Shown: positions 55,148 through 64,000 of the stretch, piece after piece
Numbering within the stretch: the stretch's first letter is position 1
Layout of the letters: the number at the start of each line of letters is the position of its first letter
Source of the DNA: Naegleria gruberi
Taxonomy: Eukaryota
Length of the DNA stretch: 64,000 bases
NCBI GenBank assembly: GCA_000004985.1
Contig: GG738904.1
Direction: 5' to 3' (one strand)
The notes under the pieces: model-generated
The model's database searches: none
Told to the model about the DNA's origin: nothing
Seen by the model: only the letters and a program-made list of their open reading frames with translations
Position numbers and translations under genes: made by a program

Positions 55148-55249
55148 ATATTACAATAACTATTGTAGAGTTTTATATTCTTCCTAAACATTCCGAACAA
55201 GGAGTGTTGACGTCAATGTAATAGAATCTTCAAGAAAAAGAAGAAAAAA

Positions 55250-56233
55250 ATGAAATCAAACGTAAAGTCTCATCATGTCGGGCTCTGCTTGATGATTGTG
55301 ATCATCATGTTGTTGCAACAGGTTATTCTCATCACGGGACAAGTTAATAACCGTCCAATAATTGGAATTATGGCACAACCAACATATAAGAAAACATATG
55401 GAGAATCCTATTTGGCTGCATCATATGTGAAATGGATTGAATCGGGTGGTGCTCGTGTTGTTCCAATTCCCTACGATCTTCCACAGGAAAAATTAAATTT
55501 ATTATTTAATTCTTTGAATGGAATTGTTTTTCCAGGAGGTGGAACTTCTTTGAGATACTCTGAATATTACTATACATTGAAATTCTTTTTTGATAAAGCA
55601 ATCGAGGCAAATAATAGAGGTGATTATTTTCCAATTTGGGGAACTTGTTTGGGATTTGAAGCATTGAATGTATTGGCTGCTGATAATCCAGATGTTTTAC
55701 ATTTTGGATTTGATTCAGAGAATTTAAGTTTGAATTTACATTTTGTTAATGATTACAAGAATTCTAGAATTTTTGGAAAGGCACCACTTTCAGTTATGCA
55801 AATTTTGGCTGAACAAAACGTAACCATGAATAATCATATGGCAGGTATAACACCTGAAACTTTCATGAAGAATGACAGATTGAATCAATTTTACAAAATG
55901 TTATCTGTTAATGCTGATAGAAAAGGACAAGTGTTTGTATCAACCATTGAAAGTTTGAAATATCCAATTTATGGAACTCAATTCCATCCTGAAAAGATTC
56001 AATTTGAATTCAACTATGAAGACATTAATCACTCATACGATAGCGTATTAGCTAATCAATATTTTGCCAACTTTTTCGTAAATGAAGCCAGAAAGAATCA
56101 ACACAAATTTAGTTCATTTGAAGTGGAACAATCCTATAGCATTTACAATTTCAATGCCAAATTTACATTCCCAGAAATTAGCAAAGATTTTGTTCAAATT
56201 TATTACTTTAATGCTAGTAGAATTAATTTTTGA
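55250..56233 (+). CDS. GGH: Gamma-glutamyl hydrolase (class I glutamine amidotransferase-like, peptidase C26)
   Basis: Signal peptide MKSNVKSHHVGLCLMIVIIMLLQQVIL. Catalytic Cys in PIWGTCLGFE and His in YGTQFHPEK. 327 aa, single exon. Confidence 0.9.
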   Translation: MKSNVKSHHVGLCLMIVIIMLLQQVILITGQVNNRPIIGIMAQPTYKKTYGESYLAASYVKWIESGGARVVPIPYDLPQEKLNLLFNSLNGIVFPGGGTSLRYSEYYYTLKFFFDKAIEANNRGDYFPIWGTCLGFEALNVLAADNPDVLHFGFDSENLSLNLHFVNDYKNSRIFGKAPLSVMQILAEQNVTMNNHMAGITPETFMKNDRLNQFYKMLSVNADRKGQVFVSTIESLKYPIYGTQFHPEKIQFEFNYEDINHSYDSVLANQYFANFFVNEARKNQHKFSSFEVEQSYSIYNFNAKFTFPEISKDFVQIYYFNASRINF

Positions 56234-56251
56234 AAGAAATAATACAATTTA

Positions 56252-58276
56252 TTAATATCTTCTATTATTGCCAGAATAGCCATTTCTACCATTTCCATAA
56301 TTGTCATAATTTCTATTATTATTACCATGATAATTATCATTGTTTCTATGATTATTGCCACGATAATTATTATTGGATGATGAGGAATGATTATTTCTAT
56401 TAGAATTCTTGTTTGTGTGATATCCTTTCTGTTCACTCTTTTTCACACAATTTCTCAAGTATTGAGCAATGGTAGTGGCTGAGGAAAATTCATTATTAAA
56501 ACCAACATATTCGAAATATTCCTCAAAGGAGCTAACTTTTTGGATTTTGAAAACTTCTCTCTGAAGAACATCTTCAAGAGATTCGTCAGATTTAGTTTTT
56601 GGAGGAGCTCCAAAATTAATATCATACATTCTGCCTAATTCTGAGAGAGGCAAATCTCCATATGCTTCTACAACATTTCTCAAGAAGAAGACATGGAACA
56701 TGATTAATTTACAAGAAACCATATTTTCTTCCCATGATTTCTGACATCTTTCATAATTGTTTTGATCTGAATGAATATTGGAAAGTTTTGGATGTTTCTT
56801 AACCACCCATAATGCATTCCTAGTACCAGTTTCATCAACCACTGCTGATTTGATTGAATCCCATGTGAAACCAGAAGGACCTAAAATGGTCAACTTGGGA
56901 AGAAACTCACCAATATTTGGACATGCATTTTTAGTTCTAAACTTTTCATCATTGATAAAGTTTTGAACTTGCTTTTTGATATTATCAAGAGAATTTGGAA
57001 AGTTTTCCATCAAATAGATCAACCATCTATGGAAATATAAATATCCATACAGTGCCTTAATAGAGGCATGTGTGACACCTTTCATAATTTCAACAACCAT
57101 ATTGTTCATCAATTTACAAAGTAATTCGACATATGGTTCGGCACTATCGAGGTCAATTTGTCCATTTCTGTTTGGAGTGAGAAGTTTAGGATAATATTCC
57201 AAAAGAAAGGAAAGTGAATTTTTGAAAACTGAGAATTTTGCATGAGTTTGATTAATGAACAATGGAATCCAACCATGAATTGGTTGACCCCAAACACTCT
57301 TGTACACCTCCTCATGGAAGAATGATGATTCACTTATGAAATCAAGTGGAGTTTTGATTTCCTTGATAGTTTCGTCATTTTTCAACTCAATCCAAAGTCC
57401 AATTCCAAGTGTTTCTTCCTTGTATGAAGATTTAGAATGGAAACAAATCAATTCTCGTGAGTAGGTAAGATATTTACAATCACAAGCATGTTGGAAAGCT
57501 TTGCAAACTGTTTCTACTCGTTTCAAATCAATAAACGAAAGATAGGAAAAGATGTGGATAAGTATTTCATTTGGAAAATCTTCAAAAGAAATCATTGTTT
57601 TGGTTAAAGAGTTTGTGGAATTTCTAATGCCAACAATTGAACTTTCGTCAAGTTTCTCAATAAGAATCTTCTTGAGAGCTTGTTCGGATTCGTCCTGACT
57701 TTCGAATTTTCTCTTCTTTAAACCAGAATTGAACACCTCCTCAACATTCCAATGAGGAGCCATCGGATAAATCTTTCCTTCTTGTGGCCAATGTCCAGTC
57801 TCTTGGACACGAGTAGCTCTAGAACCTTTAATATCTTTCTCAATGTGAGATTGATGAAGATGCTCCTCTTCCAATAAGAAAGCTTGCAATTGCAATAGAA
57901 TGGACAAACATGAATAACTTGAACTCCATCCCATATATGGTTCTTCAGAGTGATGTGTCTCCAACATGTCCAAACAAATAAATTGTCTATAGACATGGGA
58001 ATGATACAATGGAGTGAGACATTTTACAGTTGGAGGTGAATGAGGATAATCATTTGGAAAGGTAATTTCCAAACTAATGATAATGCCATAATATTTGGAT
58101 GATTGTGGAGCTAATAAAGTTGCATACCAGTGAAATAAATTATTTTCAAAGGGTTCGGCGTAGACTGTATCGAGTGGATTATTCTGAATTTCAATGAAAT
58201 CTTTGGATAAACGTTTTAAAGCTCTGCTGTGTGGAGTTGCTGCTGTTGAATTTGATGAATTTGATGAATTTGACAT
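56252..58276 (-). CDS. Ubiquitin-conjugating (UBC/E2) domain protein with internal F-box and large C-terminal region ending in an N/R/G/Y-rich tail
   Basis: ATG at 58276, 28 nt before the gap. UBC fold SRALKRLSKDFIEIQNNPL...LFHWYATLLAPQSSKYYGIIISLEITFPNDYPHSPPTVKCLTPLYHSHVYRQFICLDML...W (active-site Cys in FICLDML, HPN replaced by HSH). F-box FPNEILIHIFSYLSFIDLKRVETVCKAF about 255 aa in. Single exon of 674 aa. The track ORF extension to 58363 is read-through of N. Confidence 0.75.
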   Translation of the reverse strand: MSNSSNSSNSTAATPHSRALKRLSKDFIEIQNNPLDTVYAEPFENNLFHWYATLLAPQSSKYYGIIISLEITFPNDYPHSPPTVKCLTPLYHSHVYRQFICLDMLETHHSEEPYMGWSSSYSCLSILLQLQAFLLEEEHLHQSHIEKDIKGSRATRVQETGHWPQEGKIYPMAPHWNVEEVFNSGLKKRKFESQDESEQALKKILIEKLDESSIVGIRNSTNSLTKTMISFEDFPNEILIHIFSYLSFIDLKRVETVCKAFQHACDCKYLTYSRELICFHSKSSYKEETLGIGLWIELKNDETIKEIKTPLDFISESSFFHEEVYKSVWGQPIHGWIPLFINQTHAKFSVFKNSLSFLLEYYPKLLTPNRNGQIDLDSAEPYVELLCKLMNNMVVEIMKGVTHASIKALYGYLYFHRWLIYLMENFPNSLDNIKKQVQNFINDEKFRTKNACPNIGEFLPKLTILGPSGFTWDSIKSAVVDETGTRNALWVVKKHPKLSNIHSDQNNYERCQKSWEENMVSCKLIMFHVFFLRNVVEAYGDLPLSELGRMYDINFGAPPKTKSDESLEDVLQREVFKIQKVSSFEEYFEYVGFNNEFSSATTIAQYLRNCVKKSEQKGYHTNKNSNRNNHSSSSNNNYRGNNHRNNDNYHGNNNRNYDNYGNGRNGYSGNNRRY

Positions 58277-58304
58277 TTTAATTGAAAGACAATTGATGAA
58301 ATTG

Positions 58305-58354
58305 NNNNNNNNNNNNNNNNNNNNNNNNNNNNNNNNNNNNNNNNNNNNNNNNNN
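58305..58354. other. Assembly gap (50 N, size placeholder)
   Basis: Run of N. Confidence 1.
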
Positions 58355-58992
58355 CTTGACCAAAATGGTTGTTCCTCATCTGATTGAATCCATTCAAATA
58401 ATTTTTCATAGAATATTTTAGGATGTTGTAAAATTCTTTCTTTTTTAACATGAAAAGAGGCGCAACACCATCTAGTAATGCTTGATGGTACTTTACCCAA
58501 TTCATTTTCGAATAGTTTCTTCCAATATTTTTCAACTATACGATAATTAGGATCTGTTTCATTCAAATGTCTGTGAAATTGTGGATTTAATGAAATGTAT
58601 TCATATTTACCCCAATATAAACTCTCCACAACAGGTACAATATCAACATAATGCCACGATTTCCTATGTCCATGAATAAAAATCATATTTTCAGGTAAAT
58701 TTTCATAATAATCAATAATAAATTTCAAATAACTTGAAGCTTCATGTCCCCTATTTTCTTTTACTTTAAATGATGGATTTGGATCCAATCTATCATAAAC
58801 TACGTGTGGAATATGAGGGAAATGTGTTGCTAACCACGATGTGTCCTCATTAAATCTTGAAACTATTATCATGTTTTTAGTATTGGTAAAATTATCATGT
58901 TTTGGAGTATTGTGGTGTATAACTCCGAATTGATATAAAACAATAGTCATGAGTGTGAGGAAAACTAAACTCCACAAAATACGTTCTTTCAT
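58355..58992 (-). CDS. DUF3431-like type II membrane protein (putative glycosyltransferase-like), 3' end lost in gap
   Basis: ATG at 58992. N-terminal signal anchor ILWSLVFLTLMTIVLYQF, motif VSRFNEDTSWL, HGHRKSWHYVD. ORF runs into the gap at 58354. Confidence 0.55.
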
Positions 58993-59191
58993 TTTTTTTT
59001 ACAACACTTGACAGGGGAATTTAACAGTTTCGCTAGGTAATGTTTTGGTAAATCCAAAGTTGGTGTAATATTTTCAAAATCAAAAACCACAAGAACCAGT
59101 TCGATGTAGTATGTTGCCTCTTCATCATCACCTCTTTCAGGTACCTCAATTACATTTTATCTGATTAAGGTCTTGATATAAAAAATGTGCT

Positions 59192-59262
59192 CGTCTCGTG
59201 GTGTAATGGTAGCATAGTGGACTTTGAATCCATTGACGGAGGTTCGATTCCTCCCGAGACGG
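59192..59262 (+). tRNA. tRNA-Gln(UUG): tRNA-Gln (anticodon UUG), copy 1
   Basis: CGTCTCG TG GTGT AATGGTAG CATA GTGGA CTTTGAA TCCAT TGAC GGAGG TTCGATT CCTCC CGAGACG G. Cloverleaf with 7-bp acceptor (C1-G72), D-arm like eukaryotic tRNA-Gln, anticodon loop CTTTGAA, T-loop TTCGATT. No encoded CCA. Confidence 0.8.
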
Positions 59263-59294
59263 TAAACGTGGCGAGCCATTGAGATTTGCAAACT

Positions 59295-59344
59295 NNNNNN
59301 NNNNNNNNNNNNNNNNNNNNNNNNNNNNNNNNNNNNNNNNNNNN
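59295..59344. other. Assembly gap (50 N)
   Basis: Run of N. Confidence 1.
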
Positions 59345-59460
59345 TCTGAATTTCAATGAAATCTTTGGATAAACGTTTTAAAGCTCTGCTGTGTGGAGTT
59401 GCTGCTGTTGAATAGGAAGAATTTGACATTTTAATTGAAAGACAATTTGATGAAATTTAA
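59345..59460 (-). repeat. Near-identical second copy of the 5' end (first ~28 codons plus 5' UTR) of the E2/F-box gene, abutting a gap
   Basis: 59345-59460 matches 58186-58304 except for a short microsatellite-like indel (MSNSSYSTAATPHSRALKRLSKDFIEIQ vs MSNSSNSSNSTAATPH...). Flush against the N run, so consistent with an uncollapsed haplotype or contig-end overlap rather than a real exon. Confidence 0.6.
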
Positions 59461-59720
59461 AAGATTTTGATGGAATGTGGAGTCTGAGAAATCCGAATCT
59501 GTGTTTCGATTCAATTTTTTGTGAATGTTGATCGATTTTTGATTAGCTTGCAAATCGATTAAAAACTGATTTTTTTAGAGTTAAAAATAGAAGATCAAAA
59601 TTTTTCAACAGGTTCAATAAATTGTTTTAAAATTCATCAACTGATCAAATCATTTTAGAACCTTATTTTGAATTCTAAATAAGAAACTGATTCGAAATCC
59701 AAGGATTGTTGTTGATTATC

Positions 59721-60311
59721 TCACCATAGAACGGTGCAAATGAGTTTAGGAATTGATTTCTTACATGCCACATAAAAATCTTCACATGTCAAATCAACAA
59801 ATGAATAATTGTTAACTTGGATTCCATCAAAATAGTTATTCCACATTAGATGTTCAACATTCCTGTTGGTGTTATTTGTAAAGTTAAATGCAGATACTTC
59901 CAAGACGAAACTATTTTGTGAAACTTTGCACTTGTCAGAATCAATTGCCTAGATTCGAGTAACTCCACTCACATCAGAGGGGATTCCAAACATGGAGAGG
60001 AATGTTAGTTGCTTGATGGGGTTTGTTTTGTCTCCCCAAACCAGAATATTCAACTGTTTAATGTATCGAATAATGTTTACCAATACGAAACACAAAGGCA
60101 TTGCCTTATTCTCTGCCTTTTCATATAAAATTTCAACCCTTGATATCAAAATATGTCGATCACTATTATAATTATCCAAATTTAAATCCACCTCTTCAGT
60201 GAGAATTTCGTAAATTGTTCTGAATCGTTTTCCAGTAATTGATTCGATGGTTTTTTCATCTTGTTTCCAATATCCTTCATCTTTTATTAAAATATCGGCC
60301 TTGAGCAACAT
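59721..60311 (-). pseudogene. Inverted duplicate of the gene at 38278-38880 carrying a premature TAG stop and divergence in the 3' half
   Basis: Codons 1-119 MLLKADILIKDEGYWKQDEKTIESITGKRFRTIYEIL... are about 90 percent identical to the parent gene, and the upstream 80 bp is also copied. GAG is replaced by TAG at the position of E120 (59946-59948). The downstream part (...VNNYSFVDLTCEDFYVACKKSIPKLICTVLW) is in frame but diverged, with internal deletions. Confidence 0.7.
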
Positions 60312-60656
60312 TTTTCAAATCAAAATCCAAACTTGATAGGTGCAGTTCTTGTTTATGATTGTGTTATTTTTTGTAATTTTTTTGTGATTTTGATTGGGAT
60401 TGAGGTCTTAATAAACAATTTATAATGAATCATCTTATGGATGGAATGAAAAGAAAAGACTGATTGTTGGATAAAGTCAATTTGAAAATTTTTACAACTT
60501 AATGTGAGGTATGAAAAAAATTGCATGCCTGCCGAGGCTTCCAAAAAAAGAAATATAGATAATTTTTGAAAAATAAAAACGCCACTACCTTGATATGGAT
60601 GTCTAGTAGGGATCTATGAAAAATTGGGCAAAAATATTAAGAATTAAAAATTACTA

Positions 60657-60727
60657 CTCGAGTGCCGGGAATTGAACCCGGGTCGCCAGAGTGACAGTCT
60701 GGAATGCTACCACTATACCACACCCGA
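60657..60727 (-). tRNA. tRNA-Asp(GUC): tRNA-Asp (anticodon GUC)
   Basis: Reverse complement: TCGGGTG TG GTATAGTGGTAG CAT T CCAGA CTGTCAC TCTGG CGAC CCGGG TTCAATT CCCGG CACTCGA G. U1-A72 start and GTATAGTGGT D-arm typical of eukaryotic tRNA-Asp. G4-U69 wobble. Confidence 0.85.
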
Positions 60728-60988
60728 TTTCACATTTATTCTGAAACTATCCACTACCCTTATCTGTACAGAACGAATATTTAATTTTTTCTACTGAACT
60801 ACTAAAGTGTTGCACTTTCTTTCAAATAGAAAATAGTTTTATGACTCTATTCTCCTCTCCTTCTCTCAAGAAAGAAAATATTAATTTATTTTGGATACTT
60901 CCTTTTTATTAGCTAGTATCAGTAAAATTTATTCTTTCTTTAATAGTATTGTGAAATAATTTGTTCGAAGCCAAATGATTACAATTTG

Positions 60989-61150
60989 TGATGCTTGGTG
61001 GTATTTTACCCAATTCATTTTCGAATATATTTTTCAACTATTCGATAATTATCATCTGTTTCATTCAGATGGCTGTGAAATTGTGGATTTAATGAATGTA
61101 TTCATATTTACCCAATATAAACTCTCCACAACAGGTACAATATCAATATA
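60989..61150 (+). repeat. Degenerate fragment copy of the DUF3431-like gene (cf. 58465-58640), part of a duplicated gene-fragment plus tRNA-Gln block
   Basis: About 85 percent identity to 58465-58640 in the same orientation, with no intact ORF. 59080-59190 and 61320-61407 (the tRNA 5' flanks) are also similar. Confidence 0.6.
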
Positions 61151-61407
61151 AAGGTATTTTTGTATTGGTCACTCTAGTTGTTGTAATGCCAGGTTTTGAG
61201 GCTTAGAATTTAACGAAAATGGTTTGCCTTCTTGATGTGTTTTGAAGCTATGGGAGTAAACTACAATTTCCTTTTTGCTTAAAATTTAATCTCAAAACGC
61301 GGCATATTTTCAATTAATTATCAAAAACCAAAAGAACCAGTTCAGTCTACATAAATTGTTGCTTCAATTAAATATTATGATTAAGGTGTTGATTTAGTGA
61401 ATGTGCT

Positions 61408-61478
61408 CGTCTCGTGGTGTAATGGTAGCATAGTGGACTTTGAATCCATTGACGGAGGTTCGATTCCTCCCGAGACGG
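61408..61478 (+). tRNA. tRNA-Gln(UUG): tRNA-Gln (anticodon UUG), copy 2 (identical to copy 1)
   Basis: Same 71-nt sequence as 59192-59262. The about 10 nt upstream (AATGTG) and about 24 nt downstream (TAAACGTGGCGAGCC.TTGAGATTT) are also conserved between the copies. Confidence 0.8.
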
Positions 61479-61668
61479 TAAACGTGGCGAGCCCTTGAGA
61501 TTTTTCTTATTGAACTTTTTCTGTTTAACAACATGCAATACGCCTCAACAGAGATAGAACTCACTACTCAGTTCACCTATTGGTTACTGCTGCTATTAAG
61601 CAATTGAAGGAATAAGTTAATAATAATTGCTTGTGTTTGCGTTTACGTTTTACAATTTCCAGAAAAAA

Positions 61669-62640
61669 ATGAAAAGACAGAGCAACGAACATTCTGCTCT
61701 TCCGAAAAGAAAGAAGCAACAATCAGTTGAGGAGCCTCCTTCAAGAGAACAACAACTCCAGCAAACATCTCCTACTATCGGATCAACAACAATAATTAAT
61801 CATGTTGATGATGAAAATAATAACAAAATAATCATGATGATGACGAATATTCCTCTGGATATTATCACTAATGAAGTCTTTACATTCTTTCCATGCCAAT
61901 GGATTTTTCGGGTGGCTTTCTTGGTTTGCAAGGCTTGGTATAATTCTGTGAATAATTTCAATCTATTGATAATTCAAACTAATTTGAATGTTGACACTCA
62001 AAGGAATCAGTCATTCTTATTGTGTTGTAAGGAAGGGAGATTTAATTCTGCCAGAGAATTTTGTGTGAAGGGTTTTGATTTACATCATTACAAACTATCC
62101 ATTCCGATTGTAAACTTTACAGCTCTACAGGTATTGGATCTTTCGTATAGCAAATTGGGAAGTTTAGGTATTAGTATTCTATCTCAGAATAATGCAAACC
62201 AATTGAGAGGATTAAGAAAGTTTACATACAGATACAACGTATTAACGCACAAAGGACTAGAAGTCCTTTGCTCACTTCCGTTAACTAAACTGAAAGAATT
62301 GGATCTTTCTTTTAACAGGATTGGCGATACTGGATGCACTGTTTTAAGGAAAGCACCTTTTTTGAATTCTCTCACTTCATTGGAGCTATACGACAATAGG
62401 ATTGGAAATCAGGGATTCTTGACATTGGTTGATACTAACTTTCAATCTCTTCGTTTCATCAATTTACGGTTCAATGCTGTAGACCATATAGATTGTGAAG
62501 TTTTCAACAGTGAGAAACTGAGTAACAAACTTCCTAACATTCAGTCAATTAATTTACTTTTCAATAAGATTGACATCAGCGAAATTACCCATTTAAACGC
62601 AAATGTTAAAAAGCTAATAGTTGTGAATATGGTAAATTAA
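61669..62640 (+). CDS. F-box / RNI-like leucine-rich-repeat protein
   Basis: ATG at 61669 (the track start at 61627 is TTG). F-box-like IPLDIITNEVFTFFPCQWIFRVAFLVCKAWYNSV. RNI-type LRRs (LQVLDLSYSKLGSLGISIL..., LKELDLSFNRIGDTGCTVL..., LTSLELYDNRIGNQGFLTL...). Confidence 0.65.
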   Translation: MKRQSNEHSALPKRKKQQSVEEPPSREQQLQQTSPTIGSTTIINHVDDENNNKIIMMMTNIPLDIITNEVFTFFPCQWIFRVAFLVCKAWYNSVNNFNLLIIQTNLNVDTQRNQSFLLCCKEGRFNSAREFCVKGFDLHHYKLSIPIVNFTALQVLDLSYSKLGSLGISILSQNNANQLRGLRKFTYRYNVLTHKGLEVLCSLPLTKLKELDLSFNRIGDTGCTVLRKAPFLNSLTSLELYDNRIGNQGFLTLVDTNFQSLRFINLRFNAVDHIDCEVFNSEKLSNKLPNIQSINLLFNKIDISEITHLNANVKKLIVVNMVN

Positions 62641-63533
62641 TTCACTAAACAGTAGAGTGTATAAAATTTGGCTCACAGGTCCTTACATTACTAATTGGAA
62701 AAACAAGATCAGAGTCACCACTCAATCAAAAATAGATATTGAAAATCCTAATATTGTGTTCGAATTGTATTGTAAAATGGTGTCATGAATATTTGAATAA
62801 TGAACCTGTCTACGCACAAATGGAACCGATCATTTTCTGTGAACAGTTTATGTTACCATTCAAGATATACCAAACTTTAACAGATAACTAATTATTCAAT
62901 TAATGTTGAGAGATGAGAGACCAAATGAACAAATATTTCATCACCTATTCTTCACAGGGTTGGTATTCGTTGCAAATTGATGAATTTGTTGTAAAATGGA
63001 ATTACTTTATCAGCCAATATATTATACAAATTCCTCAAATATTCGACGTTAATTTTTGCGTTACCTTCTACTGCTAGTTCTGGTTCAAGAAAAGTGATAA
63101 GAACGTTTCGATTAATTATGATTATTGCCAATTCTAGTACTAGGTTTAGAATTGTATTGTGAGATCAAATACATTTGTTCTGTACGACTAGTTCTACTTT
63201 TCATATTAAACAAGTCAACCTTCATGTCTCTTCATCCAAAAGACATAGATTCATGTTGTGCGAAGTAACTGTTGGTTACTTATTAAGAAAATGGTTAATG
63301 CGTTTTTAAAACATAGGCAAATCGCCTCAAAAACGTTTAATATTATTTGGAACGGAATCATCTCAACCTACAACAATCCCAACACCTCCTCTTCACAGCA
63401 CAGCTCTCTATTAAAAAGAGGTAACAAATTCTACAAAAACAGATTCAAACAAACAAAAAAAACCAAGTAACTATCCACTCCTAGCTGCCAATATCTATCT
63501 CAAGATACCATCTCAGCGACCTAACCTTTCGAT

Positions 63534-64000
63534 ATGAAGTCATCATCTGCTGCTGCTGCTGGAATAACTTTTGTGCCATTTTCAATGGAGAAGTCGAAAC
63601 CAATAGCTCAAGCTGACAATTCTATACAATTTGTGGATGATTCATCCAAATATCATAGAGAAATACCACCACCACATGCAAACCCAACTCCTATAAGACA
63701 TGTTTCATCTCCTCTAATTCACAATTCATCAACAAAACAATACATTTCGAATAATAACAAAGGCAGTCCTCTCATGATGCATGTGTCCACCAGCATGTCT
63801 AAGCAAAACAGAAGAGCTTCAGTGTGCTCGTTATCTGCCTCTGTGACATCCAACTCTTCAACCAGTGATAAATCAACAGATAGCTCGAACTCATCCAAAT
63901 CTGCCAAACAAACCCTCGAATCCCAAACATTTCAATTCAAAGTGCATGATAAGGAGCAACCAAAGTTGGTATTTTTCAATCTAGTTACCAAGGAACAAAT
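63534..64000 (+). CDS. Hypothetical S/T-rich protein, 3' partial (runs off window)
   Basis: ATG at 63534, open to the window end (MKSSSAAAAGITFVPFSMEKSKPIAQADNS...). Not in the track because no stop falls within the window. The minus-strand ORF 63719-63907 is antisense to it. Confidence 0.35.
   Translation, partial: MKSSSAAAAGITFVPFSMEKSKPIAQADNSIQFVDDSSKYHREIPPPHANPTPIRHVSSPLIHNSSTKQYISNNNKGSPLMMHVSTSMSKQNRRASVCSLSASVTSNSSTSDKSTDSSNSSKSAKQTLESQTFQFKVHDKEQPKLVFFNLVTKEQ

Noticed and set aside
59157-59429. ORF 59157-59429(-) beginning MSNSSYSTAATPHSRALKRLSKDFIEIQ
   Set aside because: It is the duplicated first-exon fragment of the E2 gene running into a gap and then across the tRNA-Gln. Not an independent gene.
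63719-63907. Minus-strand 62-aa ORF
   Set aside because: Antisense to a longer ATG-initiated plus-strand ORF (63534 to window end).
1-64000. Search for a prokaryotic-style system (CRISPR array, toxin-antitoxin, restriction or defence operon)
   Set aside because: The window is eukaryotic (spliceosomal introns, cloverleaf tRNAs without CCA, Pol III terminators, low-complexity proteins). There are no direct-repeat or spacer arrays and no operon-like co-oriented short-gap gene strings with bacterial-type products.

Overview
This window is AT-rich eukaryotic nuclear DNA, not a prokaryotic locus. The evidence is spliceosomal GT..AG introns of only about 42-103 nt, genes interrupted by micro-exons, and proteins with N/Q/S-rich low-complexity stretches. 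Three tRNA genes lack an encoded CCA, and a dispersed 5S rRNA gene ends in a T-run. I therefore found no CRISPR array, operon or phage-defence system. Gene density is high, about one gene per 1.3-1.5 kb, with short AT-rich intergenic regions. I could not assign a lineage; the gene content is protist- or fungus-like (P450, UGT80-type sterol glucosyltransferase, DUF3431, Sel1, F-box/LRR, DUF4116). The supplied ORF track uses alternative start codons and ignores splicing. I re-anchored starts on ATG and assembled exon structures by hand where conserved motifs forced it (P450, UGT, VPS4, Ras-like GTPase, TauE-like permease, TrmO, PP2C, a VWD protein and others). Recognisable products include a class III nucleotidyl cyclase fragment, cytochrome P450, a PH-domain protein, sterol glucosyltransferase, a 1961-aa kinase-LRR-pseudokinase, a TPR protein, saccharopine dehydrogenase, VPS4, a Ras-family GTPase, an NHL-repeat protein, acyl-CoA oxidase (5' end lost in an assembly gap), a PGAM-family histidine phosphatase, a DUF4116-repeat kinase, F-box/LRR and F-box/Sel1 proteins, RIO1 kinase, a TauE/TSUP permease, TrmO, PP2C, gamma-glutamyl hydrolase and a UBC E2 with an internal F-box. 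RNA genes are one 5S rRNA, two tRNA-Gln(UUG) copies and one tRNA-Asp(GUC). The most unusual items are (1) a secreted VWD-domain protein with a roughly 330-aa polylysine tail, (2) the E2/F-box fusion, (3) an unclassified Pol III-type structured ncRNA candidate, and (4) a 58-61.5 kb mosaic of segmental duplications, pseudogene copies and scaffold gaps around the tRNA genes. There are three N-gaps (29294-29740, 58305-58354, 59295-59344). All coordinates of spliced genes are hand-derived and should be confirmed with RNA-seq.
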